Assembly: GCA_002633005.1 (NCBI GenBank)
Contig: NMRA01000179.1
Span: 8,254-72,253, forward strand
From: Phoronis australis
Taxonomy: Eukaryota; Animalia; Phoronida
Direction: 5' to 3'
DNA: 64,000 nucleotides
This document shows, piece after piece, positions 59,901 through 64,000 of the stretch; position 1 is the stretch's first letter; each line of letters opens with the position of its first letter. Below the pieces are notes generated by a model. It did not search any database. It was not told where the DNA came from and saw only the letters and a list, made by a program, of their open reading frames with translations. Made by a program: the position numbers and the translations under genes.

Positions 59901-62900
59901 TGAGAGCATAAAACCAATTTTTACTCGATCCAATCCATGATGAACTGAGTTGATGAAAACGAAGCACGATTTCTCATCCACAAGTATTTGCGACATTGTT
60001 TTTTGCGTGATTCATTTGAGCAACCCAGGGAACAGCAATAATCACGAACAAGTCTGAAGTTTTATTGTTTCAAATCTGTATCCATTGTACACATTACACC
60101 AACTTTGTGATTCTCTGTTTCAGAGTCTGTCTATATCAACAGTGGCCTGCTAGCCTTGGGTAATGTGATCAGCGCTCTGGGTGACACTAAACGCAAGGTT
60201 TCACATATTCCCTATAGGGATAGCAAGATTACCAGGCTACTCAAGGTAATGTGCAATCGATTCATGTAATATCAATAAACTAACCGAACCTATGAGTAAG
60301 TATGTCCAGCATTCACCAGCTAGGTTTCTGTCCTCTAAAGTCAATGTTCAGGGTTTCTGAAATAATAAGGGCTGTTCCAGTAAAATCCGTGTGGGAGGGG
60401 GGGACGGCAGTAGAAATAAAAATTCATGGGTGGTGGTCTTCAGAAAAAAACTCAAATTTTGGGTGGTCGTTCCTGGAAGAAGTGATGCATTAAAAATGGG
60501 TGGTATTTTTTGACCTGTAAGAAGTGATGCATTAAAAATGGGTGGTATTTTTTGACCTGTTAATGTTGACACGTTGGTTACTTCAGCCATCAAATCTCAA
60601 AAATCCTAACTTAGCCCAGTACAAAAAAGCCCATATTGCCAGTTAACAGAGTGCAATATGTTCACTGAGCCATTGATCAAGTCATGGGCAACTTGATTTG
60701 AGCCAACTGTTTGTGTGCAGTCCTATTGAATTGAAAAGTTATGCAACACTAAACTGGTGTTAACACATATAAGAAAATTGATGATTTTTAAATAAAAAGT
60801 GTGAGGAGTAAGATAAACAAGTTCCAATATTCACTTGACATAGAAGTATAAGAGAGTTCGTGGAGACAGTTTGAGATTCATAGATCCTTATAATTGAAAA
60901 AATGTTCATTGAAATTATAGGCACATGTTGAACAGACACACCTGGTGGCTGCCAAAAGTATTGCTCACAGGCTACTCTAGTTTTTGACAATATTGGACAA
61001 GACAACTAGTTCTTGTCTGTCAATCATCTAAGTTCTTAACAGGTCCTCCTGGAGGCAATTTGTTTGCAAGTGTTGGATTTTATATTTTAACCTATTAAAA
61101 ATAATTAAAAAATTATGGGTCATGGGTTGGAGAAATAAATGAAAAATATGGGCGGTGGGTATGAAATAAAAGTGCCTTCCCCCCTCCCATACAGATTTTG
61201 CTGGAACAGCCCTAAACATGTTTTTTCTATTTTCAGAATATTTACTGTTAGTATCCTGTGTTTTTACTATGACATCTATTTTCAGCTGAAAGTGAGTTTT
61301 TTTTCTTTTGTCAAAATTTGGTAGGTTATAAGTTCTCTCCAAAGTTTCATTACACTTTAGTTGTTTACAGTGGCATTATTAATGCACACATGCACACAGT
61401 GGTATTATTGAGGCACACGATGTATACTGTGGTATTACCGTACTCGTCCGCGTTACCGCCCTGGGCGCTTTAATTGGGAATCTAAAAAAACGGAGTGGGC
61501 GGTAAGCCGAGTATGGGCGCTTAAAAATGAAAAATTGAAATTTTCGGGGGTGGGCGGTAAGCCGAGCATGGGCCGTAACAAGGACGAGTATGGTATTGAG
61601 GCACACATGTATTAGTGAGGCACACTTGTATAAAGTGGTATTATTGAGGCACACATGTAAACAATGGTATTGTTGAGGCACACAATCATGTACACCTCAA
61701 TCGTATTATTGGGCTGTGTTCATTTACAGGATTCTCTGGGTGGTAATGCTAATACGGTGATGATTTGCTGCATCAGTCCGGCCAGTTCTAGTTTTGATGA
61801 AACCCTCAACTCTCTCAAGTATGCCAATAGGGTGAGTCATGATCCTCTTTAACCAAAAATAGAATTTGTACGTTGGCAGCGTTGTGTTCTTCATGGTCAC
61901 ATCGGACAAATGTAGATGTATTGAAAGTGTGTACTGTATGTTAATTTTGTAGCCTGTTCAGGTAAACATCTCGAGAGTTTAAGTTGAATAGCGCAAAGAA
62001 CACTGCGTCATAAACATTAGGCATTCAAAAGTGAAAAGCGTTGGAAGTCAGTCTTGGATTTTGAGGCGATCGTGGGTGTTTACTCATCATTAAAGGATAC
62101 AGTATTATGCTGTGTCTTATTTCTTCTTCGTTTCTCTAGAAGCTCTCATACAGTTGTCATGTTCATCTGGTTAAATACACATTCTGGCAATGTTGAGAGT
62201 TACTTTTGAATAGCTATGCGGCAGTTGCCTTGAAAGTAGTTTTTTGTTTCATACTGCGTCATAACATTTGTTTACAAACAGAAAAAATGTGCTCTATTTG
62301 TTAATTTTATGTTTTAAAGGCGCGGAACATCAAGAATAAACCTGTGGTTAACAGAGATGTGCTGTCTTTAAGGTTTGAAGAAATGCAGACTGAAATAAAG
62401 GTAAAATCATGATTGCCCATAATTTGTTTTGTTTTGTCATTGTTTAACACATAACCAAGGAATTGTCAAACGGTCAACAGGTGAATGCAGTGAAGCTAAA
62501 TATGATCTGACAAAGTTACCCAGAATTCCCCATTGTAATGTCTGAATGCATTTGGAACTCAATATCAGAGTCACTAGAATGAAGGGGTCAAGTGGATTTT
62601 TTCTGATTATTGTACTGTTAAAAATACGCTTATCTGCTACAAAAATCCATTTTTGAGAATGTACCCATTTATTCTAGAGCCCTATGTTAATGACATCTTA
62701 TGGTAGTTCCTAGATGACCTAGATTTCTCATGACTTTCAAAATTTAATTTTGATGAAACTAAAATTGTTATTTAGGCACTTCGTGAGGAGTTGCAGCGCC
62801 AGCGTACCTCTGTGTTAACAGCTGGTGGTTCAGAGGTGGACATGGAGCGAGCTGTGATGGAGGCTGGTCAGATAAAGACACTGGAAGATCAAGTGATCAA

Positions 62901-63983
62901 GTAAGAGTTTATAGTTATTGGAATATTAATAGCATTCAGATCTGTATTGTGTGTCCTTGCCTCAAAGAAGGGCTATTTTATGTAGTGTTATTCAGGGCTT
63001 GCAATTTTCCTTTTTTAAGAGGATTTTCTCATTTTTGGTTTCGATTTCCTGTTATATGATTCCCAGTTTCCTCTTTTTTGTCTACGTTTGTGTCATTATT
63101 TTGACTTTTTTCATGCAAAAAAAATGTTTCTTGCAGTTAAATTACAAAATAACATTTTTATATATTTGTAGAACAGTATGACTAAATTTGTCACCTGGAA
63201 ATTTTTTCTTTTTTGCCATTGGTCTCGATTACTATTCAGTAAGCGATGTGATTGTATGGTTGTTTAAATTTTGTTTTGCATCAGCCAAAAACAATTTTTG
63301 ATAATGTTGCTGAAGAAACTGGATAATATTGAATAAACGCTTTGCACATTTTTACTTTTACCCTTTATTTTTTGTTGTGAAAGTATTTACTTGTTATTGC
63401 AATTGGCATGTTGGACTAGTTAAAGTAAAATAATTATTTTTATGGTTGACAAATGCATATTTGAGACTATTGATGAATATGATAAGGTTTTGAAGTTTTA
63501 GCTATAAAACAAAATTATGTAACTTGTGTTTTGTGATTTTTTCGATTTGCCAACTGTCACCCTGCTCACCATTGTCTGCCAGATATTTGCTGAAATTGAG
63601 GATGGTAGCTATATGCTTAAAATACTCCGACTGTCTCTCATGGAGTTGTGTTTAGTTCAGTAAGCAGAACATTTGAGGGCGAGTGCCAAGGTTACGGGCT
63701 CGAACCAGTGCTTGGGTTAATTTCAGTACATGTTTTTCTCACCAATAATGTCACTTTAAAGCAGTGCTCCTGTGTCCAATGCAAGTCCCGCTCAGTAGAT
63801 ACCACAGTAACAAACAGTAAAAACGTACATGAGTTGTTAATTTTTAGACTTCAGACGGAATGCTCCCATTACAAAATGGTGGCAGAAGAGGCGTATACCC
63901 AGCTGACGGAGATCCAGGGGCGCGACATGTTGTCCAAAAGTCAGAGGTTTCGTCTTCAAGATTGGCTGGATTTGATGGAGGAG
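53918..63983 (+). CDS. KIF27: Kinesin KIF27/KIF7 (Costal2 family), motor domain plus start of coiled coil; 3' truncated by window end
   Basis: Exons 53918-53950, 55291-55428, 56132-56218, 57023-57130, 57507-57642, 58060-58207, 58572-58658, 59372-59467, 60124-60245, 61730-61831, 62320-62400, 62776-62900, 63848-63983. Motifs: [40 protein letters not shown] (P-loop), NEHSSRSH (switch I), [12 protein letters not shown] (switch II), [58 protein letters not shown] and YTIGGG resemble KIF27/KIF7. Confidence 0.88.
60369..61212. mobile_element. PIF/Harbinger-type MITE, same family as 11939-12472, in a kinesin intron
   Basis: Same TIRs and TAA TSD; internal GGGTGGT subrepeats and an internal tandem duplication of about 42 bp. 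Confidence 0.85.
61436..61594. mobile_element. Tc1/pogo-type MITE with TA TSD, inserted in a degenerate GTGGTATTATTGAGGCACAC repeat array (61369-61684)
   Basis: TA-CCGTACTCGTCC ... GGACGAGTATGG-TA inverted ends; internal direct repeat GTGGGCGGTAAGCCGAG. Confidence 0.7.
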
Positions 63984-64000
63984 GTCTGAACGTTGTTGGA

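Overview
AT-rich, intron-dense eukaryotic (animal, most likely invertebrate) genomic DNA from a draft assembly with N gaps; it is not prokaryotic. I rebuilt four spliced genes by hand. CMPK2-like nucleoside monophosphate kinase (+) has 4 exons visible and an unresolved 5' end. NUDCD2 (-) is complete with 4 exons and a GC-AG first intron. Cytosolic leucyl-tRNA synthetase LARS1 (+) is complete, 26 coding exons, about 1178 aa, and lies head-to-head with NUDCD2. A KIF27/KIF7 (Costal2-family) kinesin (+) runs off the window end. Introns and intergenic DNA carry many transposon remnants: Kolobok/THAP, Mutator-type and PIF/Harbinger MITEs, hAT, Gypsy gag, L1/Tx1 zf-RVT, Penelope-like and tRNA-SINE pieces. 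Two duplicated blocks next to N bases look like uncollapsed haplotypes. Two signals stand out. First, tandem repeats repeatedly amplify splice junctions themselves (4 cases in 2 genes); one gives an array of AG|GT recursive-splice-like sites with in-frame stops. Second, an hsp70-like promoter (perfect HSE arrays plus TATA) points antisense inside a LARS1 intron. Coordinates were read by eye and may be off by a few bases. No database search was run.
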